Shown piece by piece: positions 1 through 13,100 of a stretch of DNA of 64,000 bases; within the stretch, counting starts at the first letter, position 1; each line of letters starts with the position of its first letter. Both the position numbers and the translations under genes were made by a program. The stretch comes from Lytechinus pictus (Eukaryota), in NCBI RefSeq assembly GCF_037042905.1, contig NC_087263.1, positions 9,054,001 to 9,118,000 of the forward strand, given 5' to 3'. The notes under the pieces were generated by a model. The model was not told where the DNA came from, did no database searches, and saw nothing but the letters and a program-made list of their open reading frames with translations.

Positions 1-1002
1 GAAACAAATAATGCTTTTCATAACTCTTTGTTGTACATGTAAGCTAGTGAAATCCTTGCATCTGATTAGCTCAGAGCAAAATTTTAGAGTGAAAATCACA
101 GACACGATGCTTTATGAAAACCTCCCCTGTTCTACATGTATTAAAGTCATGTGACTTCCAACTAAGCTGCATTAAGAATATAAGTATATGCGAGATAAAA
201 ATGAAGAATTACATGTATGATTGCAAGATATCAATGACTGATCTTCATTTGGACATTTGACCCAACGGCAGTTGCTCCTTTGGAAAAACTGCTCATTAAA
301 CCTTGATCACTAATCACTTAATCCTTCCATTATTCTCAAACAAAAGGCTATTGTCAAATCACTTGAGTAACCTCAACCCCTCAGAGAAATTTGAGAAAGG
401 AGCAATTGTCCACTCAGCAAATGTTTGGGGAGCATTTTCATGAAATTATTTTCACTGAATATTGATACAAGCTACCAAAATCCTTGCATCTGATTGGCTC
501 AGAGCAAATTTGTCCATGAAAATCACTTACTATTTCATTCATGAAACACTCCCTTGGGTCCCGTAACACAAGGTTAGCGATTGATCCTACGCTTGATTTT
601 CATGATTGATTGTACATTGTAGTCAATGCAATCAATCGTAGAAAAATGTTCTACAATCATTGCTAAGCTTTGTGTTACGGGCCCTCTGGTCACTACCGCT
701 TCACTGTACCTACACTTCTCACTACATCATTGCAGCTACTGTCTATATGATGAAATACATTGTATATTCTATAACAGAGCTTTGTACACAAGCTATCCAT
801 CAAGTCCACATGCATGCGTATGAGCTTTTCACAACAAAACAAGCTGAATACTCCACAAACCACCAAAACGTCCACCACATTAAGCACAGGAATTCATGCA
901 ATGTTCATATCTCAATCCTCGCAAGGGAAGGTTGAGGGGGATCTACTAGGATTGGGAAGCTACACTATGACATGCACAGCATGCTGGTTAGCGTTGTGTT
1001 AC

Positions 1003-1151
1003 CTGTTTACTGGTGCCATTGCTGACTGGCATGGGCGTTCGTAGCCCCGTGGCTTGGCCTATCGACGGTTGCCGTGACAGTCCGAAGGGGAGGATGGGGT
1101 TCTCATTTTGCTTAGCGGGCGGGGGCACCAGTAGCTTTGAGCGTTTCAGTT
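1003..1151 (-). CDS. USP6NL: USP6NL exon E12 ([50 protein letters not shown])
   Basis: ttccAG acceptor, CAG|GTAACA donor; matches ELKRAKL.LP.P...E.P..P.G. Confidence 0.88.
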
Positions 1152-4100
1152 CTGGAATGAGAGACAAACACGAATGCAGAAGAGATTAAAGTGAAATCGA
1201 TGAGAATGTTTCTAAACTGCAGAAGCCTTTGCCATACGAACCTGCTCAGGGACAGTTCCACATAATATGTATGTCCCATCCCTTACATGTATATGTGGGA
1301 CATTCCTGTAAAAATTGTCTCATGAAACTTGTATAGCTCTCAAATTATCGTGGCTTGGGTAGTTCATGGAGTACAGAAAGAATGGAGAAAAACGTGTATT
1401 CATTCTTACCTGGGCCCGGGGGCCGTTTCATAACATTGTTCGTAAGTTAAGAGCAACTTTAAGAACGACTGGTGAACCTTTCTTACGCACTAAACTATCG
1501 CCAATGAACATTTTGGTGTATATCATTTTCCACAATAAAGGATCACCAGTCGTTCTTAAAGTCGCTCTTTATGAAACGGCCTCCTGGTCTTACATGGGGT
1601 TGTGATTGATTTTTTCAACCTCAAGTCCTCAACTACATGGAAAGCCATCAACGTCGTAATTTTTCCTACAGGAAATTGGCACAATGTTCTTTGTAATCAA
1701 AGAGGAAACACACCAAATGGTCAAGAAAATGATGAATGTACATGTATGAGCATGCATTATATCTAGAATACAATCTAAACAAACATGCATTTTAGAAGTT
1801 GGCGTTGATGATTTCCATAGCTGTGGATGATCGGATCAATTGCAACTCTCTGTAAGATGGGGCCCTGATGTCGTCCCCTGGAAGCCATCAATGACTTCAT
1901 CCTGCCTCCAACCAACAGCATGCTAAAGCTGAACTCATCTTAAATTAAAGTATAGAAGAACTAAATATCTTTTAACCTAAAGACATTCTCTCCCGATATC
2001 GCCCGACATTAATGTCCTTATCATCCCTCCAACCAAAGACATGTTTTATCTCCCAGAGAACAAGGTACAGGAGTGCTCAAAGGCTCTTTCCCTGGAGACA
2101 TCCTTTTAACTGATATCCATTTCAGTAGGACACTAAAACCTTTGTCACTCTGACCAAAGGCAAGCTTACTGTACCTCCTGGACGACAAGGCTATGAAGAC
2201 CTCAAAGGCTCTTTACATGAAGACTTCCTTGCCTCATATCCCTTTCAGGACATTAACAATTTCGTCTCTCCGACCAAAGGCCTCCCCTAGATCAAGAACT
2301 CAATGGCTCTCTTTCTGGAGACATCCTTATACCTGATATCTCTTTCAGGACATCGACAACTTTGTCTTTCTGACGAAAGGCAAGCTTACCTGACATCCCC
2401 TGGTAGGGTCCATGCCTTGAGTAAGGCAAAGAAGAACTTGATAGCTCTTTATTTCATGTACATGTATATATTGTTTTCTGTATTTATTACCTGATATCCC
2501 CCTACAGCAGGGCATCTACATGTATGACCTCATTGTCCCTATAACCAAATTCAATGACAAACTGCTCTCCTAACCACTTGAGTTCCTTGAAGGCAAGGAA
2601 CTCCAGAGCTCTTTCTTACCTGATATCCCCTCCTGTAAGGCATCTATGACCTCATCGTCCCTGTAACCAAAGTCAAGGACCAACTGCTCCTGTAGGTACC
2701 TTACGACCATCTCCATGTCCTTCTTGATCATCACTCCTGGGTAACAAAAAAAGGGAAAAACTTAAAGCACAATGTCATTGCTTTTCATGGGGATTTTGAC
2801 ACAATTTGGATATATATCACCCAGAGTAGTACCAGATTTATGACTAACAGATGCTATGTAAATGCCACTGGATATTGCCTTATGGTAATGTCATTAGCTA
2901 ACTTTTCATGGCCCGGACGGCTGCCCGAGGTTAAAGCAGGCTTGGCTAGGAATTTGTTTGTCCGTCCGTTCATCCTTCCATTCATCCACTCAACCCTCCA
3001 TCCATCTATCCATCCTTTCATTCATCCACTCAACCATCCATCTATCCATACCTTCATTCCTCCTTCCCTCCATCCATCCACTCATCCACCTTTCCATCCA
3101 TCCACCCATCCATCCATCTATCAACCCTTTCATTCATCCACTCAACCATCCATCTATCCATACCTTCATTCCTCCTTCCATCCACCCACCCACCCACCCA
3201 TCCATCCACCCATCCATCCACCCACCCATCCACTCATCCACCCATCCACCAACCCATCCATCCATTTCACCACCGCATCCATTCCATCCATCCACCCACC
3301 CTCCATCCATACTCACTTCTGTGTAGTTTCATAAGGGTATACGCCATTGATATGAGTATTTTATCTCCTTCCAGCATGAATATATCCCACAGTCTTAGTG
3401 TGAGAGGGAACGGGACTCTATCCAAGAAACATTGAAAGAACCACTTCATTGAGTACAGACTCGTGTGGATCTCCAATCGGTCCTACAACAAAAAAAGAAT
3501 TCAAAGATAAAACAATGAAGTAGCAGCAAATGATTATTTCATGAGAAAGTCTCCAATCGGTCCTACAACAAAAAAAGAATTCAAAGATAAAACAATGAAG
3601 TAGCAGCAAATGATTATTTCATGAGAAAGTCTCCAATCGGTCCTACAACAAAAAAGGAATTTAAAGATAAAACAATGAAGTAGCAGCAAATGATTATTTC
3701 ATGAGAAAGTCTCCAATCGGTCCTACAACAAAAAAGGAATTTAAAGATAAAACAATGAAGTAGCAGCAAATGATTATTTCATGAGAAAGTCTCCAATCGG
3801 TCCTACAACAAAAAAGGAATTTAAAGATAAAACAATGAAGTAGCAGCAAATGATTATTTCATGAGAAAGTCTCCAATCGGTCCTACAACAAAAAAGAAAT
3901 TTTAAGACAAAACAATGAAGTTGCAGCAAATGATTATTTCATGAAAGTCTTTAAAATCAAGATTAATTATCATCAAAGATCTAGATCTGGTACAATAACA
4001 TAACCTTATCTTTGTGTAATCATGAAATCCTAGCTGAAAGTTGACAACACTTATAATCACTAACACAGAAAAGCATATGTGGGACACTGTAATAATATTG

Positions 4101-7100
4101 CTTGGAAAAATACCCGGCCTGTACTTGTGTCATAAATGGTAACTATAAAACCAAGCATTTATGAGCTGTTCTGAAAGAAAATTAAATTTAAAGATACGCT
4201 GTTGTAATGCCCTAGTAACAATATGCATTCGCCAATTAATAACCAGGAAGAGTCAAATAACTAGAATACTACTGAAGCGTATCCCTAATGTTGGTCAAAT
4301 ATCTCAAGGTCGAAAGCTTTAGTGACATAAAACTACATGTACACTTGTGCTCAAAGGTAAGTGAAGCCCGCCACAAAATGCACTCCTTCATGCTGAGTGT
4401 CAAATGTAGACAACAACAGTAAAACGTTCGGCGAGCACAAAGAAACAAACCTTATTGAATCACCCGACTTCAGAATAAAACATGGCAGAACTTGAATACT
4501 TTTAAATACGTTCATTTTCTGGTGAAGGTTCAGTAACTTTTGAGCACCACTGTTTACTAATAGTACATTTGATCTCTGGTCGTTGTCCAAGTAATCCAAA
4601 ATAAAACACTTACTATATTGTATAACTAAGGAAAAGAATACATCCTGCTTTTAACTCCTTAATTAAAGGTAAATTGTGTCATTGGTTTATTTCAAAACTT
4701 TCTTTTAAATTTCACTCTTTGCTTTCCACAATATTCATAAACAAGTTCTGAGTCCATACAATGTATTGCATTGGCCAGAAAGAACTGTTTTTATTCTCAA
4801 AAAAATATATAAAGATGAGAAGATTTGCCGAGTGAGCTTTTTTTATATTTATTTTTTGAACTAACATAAAAAATGAAGAGCGCCACCTTGAGACCAAATG
4901 ACATCAATAACTGCTCATGAATATTCATATATCTAGCTCTCGCCTCTGCGCGAGTCTCAATCAAGTGCAGTGCCGATGCACGGTACGGACGCATGGACGG
5001 GTACGGAGTCTGTACACCGTGAATGCACGGGTTTCTTTCCCGGTTTCTATTGCATTTCGTAGAAAGCGTGTACATTGAAAACAAAGTCTGACGGCTTTTT
5101 CCTTGCTTTTATCTTTGCTTCGTTGATCTGTATTGTTTCTCGATTTCTCCAGGGTATGGAGGGAGGGAGAACGGTGCTTGCGAAAGCGAGAGAAAGGGCC
5201 ATATTCTTATTTATTATATTTTTCTAGTTTTTTATATGTATTTTTGTTTTGTTTCCGATTCACTGAATTGTTATCATTTTCTTCAGGTTCTGTATTTTGA
5301 TTTGTTCATTATTATCACGTGTAGTAATATACGTTGTAATTTCTTAATTGTTTAAATAATAGGCCTATGCTACATTTTTTTTAAAGGAAAAATTAGAAAT
5401 CATTTTGTATTGAACTAGCTTGGCCACCAATTTCGTTATTTGCTTTGTGTGTCATATAGCTCTCCACCACTGAATTCGTCCATATACTGCCTCGACGTAT
5501 TTATCAATTAAATTGGACAAATACCGCGTGGCCTATAGTGTTTTTTTTTACAATATCCAGGGGCGGATCCAGCTTTCACTAATAAAGAGGGAGGGGGTTG
5601 AAAAATATTTTCCCCGATCGATCCGCAGCTCAAAGCTATTTGTTTGTATCTATATAGTCGTAACAGTTACTCATAAGCCCTATAAAAAATGCGAGCGCGA
5701 GGTAAAATTTTCGGAAATCGTGTATTGTGTCCTGAAAATTGACGGATCCATGCAGCACGGGCCGGCTGTGCCCCCCGCCCCCCCCCCCTTCAGAGGCACA
5801 ATCAATATTTCTTATGTAAAAATCTATCGTTCTAACCATTTTTTTTTTGCTTGTCAAATTTTCCTCGGGAAAATGTGCCCCCCCCCCCTTTGGAAAATCC
5901 TAGATCTGCCTCTGAAGATTAATCATAATAAAACAAAATAATCATAACGGTACGTAGGGCCTATGGTGCACTGGGTAGCCACTTCAGTTCCGTAAACTGT
6001 TCTCCCAGCGGGCCATGCTAATACCCCGGCTTATTAGCTTGGCTACCTAGTAGGCGCTCAAGCATTTGAATTAGTAAATGGTAGTTCCCTTGTTTGTTTT
6101 ACCATGGACCTATAATAGGTCCATGGTTTTACTAAGGCCTGTTTTTGTTTACATTGATCAGCTGATATTTCTTTAATTTGATATGAATAATACCTTTTTA
6201 TTGTAATCGCTATTTTACTATGTTTTATTATACAAGGACCAAGATGAAAAAACCAGTAATTACAACTCTGATCTTGTGAACTTTTTAAAATATGACTGAA
6301 TGAATAAATAAATTAATAGGTAGGCCTATTGATAAATAGATATTCCATCGAAACTGAGGCAATGCGAACACGAAGCGCGGGCTAGATTGTTTTATGCAGT
6401 GACATGGTTCCCCCCCCCCCCAAAGTCTGAATTACCCTCACCTTATTTTATTCATTCTTCCCCCTTATATTTTTTCTTCTCTCCCCACCCTCTGCTTTCC
6501 ATTCTATTACTTGTTTCCCTTTCTTTCCCCCTATTATGCGCCGCCAATAGGGTGGGGGCGCCCCGTTGGCCTCCTGGATCCGCCTATGATACCGGTACGT
6601 CAGGCCTGTATATTATAAGCAATTGATGTTTATGTAACATCGATTATCCCCCCCCCGAAAGTTTTTCTTTGTATTTTTCTTTTCAACTTGTTATGGTAGT
6701 ATATACTAAACAAGTATCACGTTTGACTTTGTCCAACTTTGTGACCAAAACTTTAGTACGGTTTTCTCAGTGAAATTGATGATGACGTCTCCTGGGTGCC
6801 TCCCCCTTCACCCCACTCCTCCTTGGTCCTCTGGGCTTGGCGAATAAAATTGCGTACGTATCATGGAGAGATATATCGAGGACATACAGCAAGGCGGAAT
6901 TATTTGGGGAAGGGGTCTTCCATTTCTTTGTTATTCAGCGATGGTTCAGCGAATGTGCTCTATGCAAAATCACGTTTTGGCACGACTTCTAAGCACTGGG
7001 CATGTCAACGGACAATAACAAAATAAATGCAAACATGTCATGGATCGAAATGGTAAAAAATATATATTTTAAAGAAAACCATCGATATCAAAATTTGATG

Positions 7101-10100
7101 CAGTCAAACCAAATTTTTTTGTTAATACCAGTTTCAACTTACATTAAAAATTATAACCCGAGGCCATATTAGCACCGGGGGGGGGGGGGCAGAGAGCACT
7201 TGCACCCCCAAAAAAAAATCCCAGTAGGAAATTTTTTTTTTTTCAAAATGGAAAGTGCCCTTCTTTCAAAATGATGTGTGCCCCTTTTAAAAATAAAATA
7301 CCTTTTTGAAGTCAAACAATACATTTTAGGTTAGAAAATCACAAAATTGTTGGCTCGCGCTTCGCACTCACATCATTTTGAAAGAAGGGCACTTTCCATT
7401 TTTTCCCTACTGGGATTTTTTTTGGGAGAGGGGTGCAAGTGTTTTGGTTACAACTTCTGCTTACAATGTTCAATTTTCAAGTTTGAATATCACAAATTTT
7501 CAGCTCGCGCTTTCCGCTTGCATCATTTATTGTTTATTCTTGGTTTCAAAACTTAGAATGTCCATCAGGTTAAAATATCACAAATTTTCGACTCGCGCTC
7601 GCATCAATTATTATTTATTGGTTTCAAAAAATGCTTAGATTGTCCAGTTTTCAGGTTGGAATATCGCACTCGCGTCCATTATTCAGTTAGATACCCATCT
7701 TTTTCATGATAACAAAAACAATTGCTCGGAATGTTTGATTTTCAGGTCTTATTAGTACATGCAATGTCCAAAATTTTGAGCCCGCGATTTGCGCTCACAC
7801 CATCTCGCAAGGATGCTCTTTTAACAATAATTTGCGCGGTAATAATTGACCAAAAAGCGAGTTTCACAACTTCAGATTTGAAAATGTTTCCAAACCGCTT
7901 GCTTGCTACGCTCGCTCCCGGGAAAAATAAAGCCTGATTACATATTTAATCAATCAGAAAAGACTTCAAAAAGGCTTTGCTCACCTTAATTACTATAAAA
8001 CGCACAACTATTTAACGCAGATGATAATCTCATGGTGAAAATTTCAATTGCATAAAAAATACATATAAGTGCCCTCTTTTGCCCCCCAAATGAAATACGT
8101 TCCGCCGCCCCTGATTATCACCCATCGCACTTGCTGGTATTTCTATTTATCGTCATTCCCCCCTCTCAAAGAAAAAAACTTATGCTTTTGCCCTTTATTT
8201 AGCCTGCAATGGAACTTGTCGGAAATTTTATTTAAACGCGAGCATATCAAACAGGATGCAAATGGAGGTCTATTCAGCCGGGCATTATTTATACGCTTTG
8301 GATTCTTGTTTGCCTAGAAAATGTAAAATATTTCAAGAGTTCTTATATTTTCATTACATCTTTGTCCTTATTTCTCTATATCCGTAGCTCCACCATGCGC
8401 GTATTCGAGGGCCCTTGGGGCACACCCCCCCCTGGGTAGGCGAAAAAGGGGCGCCAAAAATAGGGAGAAAAGGGGAGAAAAAATGAGGGAAAGAAGAAGA
8501 GAAAGAGAAAAGGGGGAAAGAAAGAGAGGAGGAAAACAAAAGAGCGAAAGGGGAGCGCCGAATTAATGTTCGCCCTAGGGAGGGGGGCGCCCAATTGATA
8601 ATCGACCCATAGGGGCGCCGAATTTAAGTCCAACATAGATAGGGGAGCCGAATAGTTATTCGACCTAGGGGGTGCCAATTGATGTTCAGCCTAGGTGGGG
8701 GGGGGGGCGAATTAATGTTTTACCTCGGGGCGCCGTATAGATGTTCCACATAGGAGGGGCCGCATTGAAGTTCGACATAGGGGCACCGAGGGGGCGCCGA
8801 ATTGATGTTCAAACTAGGGCTAGGGCGCCGAATCGATATTTTCCATAGTGTTGCCGAATTGATGTTTGACATAGGGGGGCGCCGAATTGATGTTCAACCT
8901 AGGGGGTGGCAAATTGATGTTCAACCTAGGTGGAGGGGGGGGGGGCGAATTAATGTTTTACCTCAGGGCGCCGTATAGATGCTAAGATGCTAAGATTTTA
9001 AGTTCGACATAGGACATAGGGGCACCGAGGGGGCGCCGAATCGATATTTTTCATAGGGTTGCCGAATCGATGTTTGACATAGGGGGGTGCCGAATTGATG
9101 TTCAACCTAGGGGGTGCCTAATGGATGTTCACCACACGCGGGCGCCTATTTTATTTTTGTCCTGGTGCGCCAAATTCAGGTTCAATTAACCAAGGGAGGG
9201 GGGTGGGCGCCAAATTCATGTTTGCTCGCATCAAATACTCATCCTGTTCATGATTACCAAAAGTGCCTATAATTTTAGATCAGAATACAAAAAAAAAATC
9301 ATCCTACTCTACGCACTCGCATTAATTGTTTAGTAAAGTGACGATCCTGTTCATGGTTAGATAAGTGCTTAGAATGTCGAACTTTGGATCGAAATATATA
9401 AAAAAAAAATCAGCTCGCGCTTCACGCTCGCATAAACTGTTTTGTTAGTGCTCATCTTGTTCATGATAATCGAAAATGCTTACTCGAATGTCCAAATATT
9501 AGGTAAGAATATGAAAAAATTTCATCTCGCTCTTTGCGCTCGCATCAATATTGTTTAGTTAGATGACAATCCTGTTCATGATTACCAAAAGTGCTTAGTC
9601 AATGTCAAAATTTTAGGTCAGAATATCAATAACTTTTTAAGCTCGCGCTCCGCGCTCGCACAATTGTTTAATTAGATACCCATCCTTTCCATGGCTATAA
9701 AATATGCTTAGAATTTCCAGTTTTGGGTCGGAATACTAAAAATTTTACGCTCACGCCTCTCGCTCGCATTAAATGATTTGTTAGATACCCATCCTTTTCA
9801 TGATTACCCAATAATGCTTAGAATGTCCAAATTTTAGATCAGAATATCAAAAATTTTCAAGGCGCGCTTCGCGCTCGCATTAATTATTTAGCTAGATACC
9901 TATTCTGTTCATGGTTATAAAAAGTGCTTATCATGTCCAGTGTTGAGTTGGAAATTCAAAAATTGTCAGCTCGCACTTCGCGATCGCATAAAATGTTGAC
10001 AGATACCAACCCTGTTCTTGATTACCAAAAGTGCTCATAGATTTTTCCAAATTTTAGGTAAGAATATGAAAAATTTTCATCTCGCTCTTTGCGCTCGCAT

Positions 10101-13100
10101 CAATATTGTTTAGTTAGATGACAATCCTGTTCATGATTACCAAAAGTGCTTAGTCAATGTCAAAATTTTAGTTCAGAATATCAATCACTTTTAAGCTCGC
10201 GCCTCGCGCTCGCACAAACAATTGTTTAAATAGATACCCATCCTTTCCATGATTACAAAACATGCTTAGAATGTCCAGTTTTGTGTTGGAATATCAAAAA
10301 ATTAAGCTCGCGCCTCGCGCTCGTATTAAATGATTTGTTAGATACCCATCATGTTCATGATTACCCAATAGTGCTTAGAATGTCCAAATTTTATGTCAGA
10401 AAATCAAAAATTTTCAACTCGCGCTTCGCGCTCGCATTAATTATTTAGTTAGATACCCATCCTGTTCATGATTATAAAACACATGTGAAAAGTGCTTATA
10501 ATGTCCAGTGTTGGGTTGGAAATTAAAAAATTGTCAGCTTCCACTTCGCAATCGCATAAAATGTTGATAGATACCCACCCTGTTCTTGATTACCAAAAGT
10601 GCTCATAGATTTTTCCAAATTCTAGGTAAGAATATGAGAAATTTTCATATTGCTCTTTTCGCTCGCATCAATATTGTTTAGATAATACATATACCCATCA
10701 TGTTCACGGTTGCATTAAAACTCAGGATCCGCCCCCGGTTAAGAAATTACAGCTCCCGCACATAATTTTAGTATGGTCTACCACTCTGATGAGAAGTTGA
10801 ACTAAATTGAAACCCCAAAATGCTTAAAATTCTGTGCTTTCTGGTCGCATTTATTTTTTCAAAAGGTGGTTACAACATATTCATGGATGTTTTTTTTTCA
10901 TGAACACATTGAAAAGTGGTCTTCGATGCCTTTTTCCCGTGATTATGAAATACGATCATTCAAACTGCATTTAAGGCACCTATGATTGCCGTGCTGGGCG
11001 CGCGCGCGGGTCGCAGTCAGTCCGCAAGCCCCTGTGTTAATGAGCAAATGAGCAAGATTTATCCAAGTCCTCTCGTGGCTGAATTCATGTCCCTGCAAAA
11101 TCTCGTGAATTGTGAGACTTTCTTTCTCAAAGAATTTAACCACTTTCTCCTTAAGTAATATTGATTATTTTTGTACCATGGGCAAGAGTAAATGTTACCC
11201 TTTTATATTGGTCATTTCTTTTGAATGAAATATTTTGATAAATAAGTGAATTTTTTACCTGAAAAGATGCATCAAACAGAATTTTCTTCCTCTGTTTTCA
11301 CTTGCAAATTGTGCAAGATTTTGTGTTTTAGGCACCAACATTATTTATATCATCAGAAAGCTCAAACTCTATACTTTCTTACAATGTCACTCTTGATATG
11401 TGGCATCTTTTAGATGGGTCAGCAGCCAGTTATTTCCATCAAGATGCAAGACGAGATTTCTGAAATTTCTGAGTAACATAAAATCCAGAGTTCTGATTGG
11501 CTGAATACTGTTTTCAAAACAAACAGGCGCGGGTAATTTGAAGAGATTACCACATGGTGAGTGTGACCTTGCAGAGGCCCAGTGTGGGGAACATTGGAAT
11601 TTGCGTGGGTGTGTGGTCTATGACCAATAAGAGCGCAGTATTCTTGTTTTTGAGCTGCAAAATGTACTTGGCCTATGAAAAGCTGGCTGCTGACCCATCT
11701 AAAATACATCTTCTTATAAAAATTATATCATATTAAAGCTTAGATCTTCAGCTTTATCATGATTTAAAAATCATTTGTGCCTAAACAGAAATTAAGTGTG
11801 AAAACAACAATTTTTGTTGCATGAAAAAAAATATTTTGTTTCATGTTTTAGATCAAAAGTTTTTCCTATATTACAACATTCTTTTAAAAATCCAAACACA
11901 TGACCTAAAAGAATGATTCTTCTTCTTTACAAAGATACCAAAAACATGAAATTTGGTCAATATTTAGAGAAGCAATGGCCGAATAAAAAGAGGTGTTTTG
12001 GTTCGCACCAAGCTCATTAACTATGCAAAAACCCTCTTGTCATGAATATCACTTGGATAAAAGAAGGTACTTTTTCAGGGCTTGCGGACTGACTGGGTCG
12101 GGGTGCCATTTTCCGAAAAGTTCACAGGGGCGCCAAAATAGTCGGGCTCAATCATGGATCCTGGATACGCGCATGTCCGTTGGGCATCGTTTCCAACACT
12201 ACCTCCTTATCTATACCGGCGTGATACTAGGCGCTAGTCCATGGATCGGATCGGTTTACTTCCATTTCGTCTGATGCCAACTCGTCCAAATGCCAACTCG
12301 TCTACTATCATTATTTGGTCTACCACCCGGGGGGGCCACTTCCATTGACGAGTGGATACCATGCGCGACCATGGGGTCTCGAAAAGCACCCTAAACACGT
12401 AATTTCCATATTCTGAAAATGCACCCCTTAACAAGTATTGGCGTCTGAAACCCTACCCTTAACAAGTATTGGAAACAAAACGATACTCTTGGCAAGTATT
12501 CCCTGAAATGAACCCCTAAACAAGTACAGGAATGTTTTATTGTTATGGGTCATTCGGTCGTCGGCTTTACCTTATTTGGTTTAGTACGACCCCACTTTCT
12601 ACACCTCGCGCAAATCGGACTCTAAACACGAAGTGTTGGGGCAAAATGGACATCCTTTATAAAACATTTTAATTTTGTTTTATCATTCCCGCAAATTCGA
12701 CCCTAAACACGTAATTTTCCTAGCGAAATAGACACCCTTTTTTCATTATTTTTGTGTTTTTGACACCCTTATCACGTTACGTACGTAACGTGCCCTATCG
12801 TGAAAAGGACATCCTTTTTACGTGTTTTTTTGGTCGCGCATGGTATCCACTCGTCAATGTAAGTGGCCCCCCCACCATCAGTTCGTTCACTATCCACATG
12901 CATGCATTCCGTCTAATAACCATCTGATCCAATAGTCATTTAGTCCATATACAATTTGGTTATTGGACGTGTTATTGTGCAAAATGAATTGGATACTGGA
13001 CTAACTGGACCAAATGGTTGTTCGATGAAATGTTGATGGACGGATTGGCATTGCATGGACTAAATGAAAGTAGACCATGTGATGAATGGACGAGTCGGCA

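Larger units (their letters stand above)
8394..12175. mobile_element. Composite element bounded by CATGCGCGTAT inverted repeats, containing a minisatellite, a satellite and a nested transposon
   Basis: catgcgcgtat at 8394 and atacgcgcatg ending 12175; no TSD identified. Confidence 0.45.

Noticed and set aside
2840..3334. 164-aa and 122-aa His/Pro/Ser-rich ORFs
   Set aside because: Translations of the CCAT microsatellite, antisense to the real gene.
3470..3950. Regular repeat array resembling CRISPR
   Set aside because: Units are contiguous and near-identical with no unique spacers; eukaryotic intron; no cas genes.
9222..10715. Satellite as a CRISPR-like or attC-like array
   Set aside because: The whole monomer is repeated with no variable spacers or cassettes.
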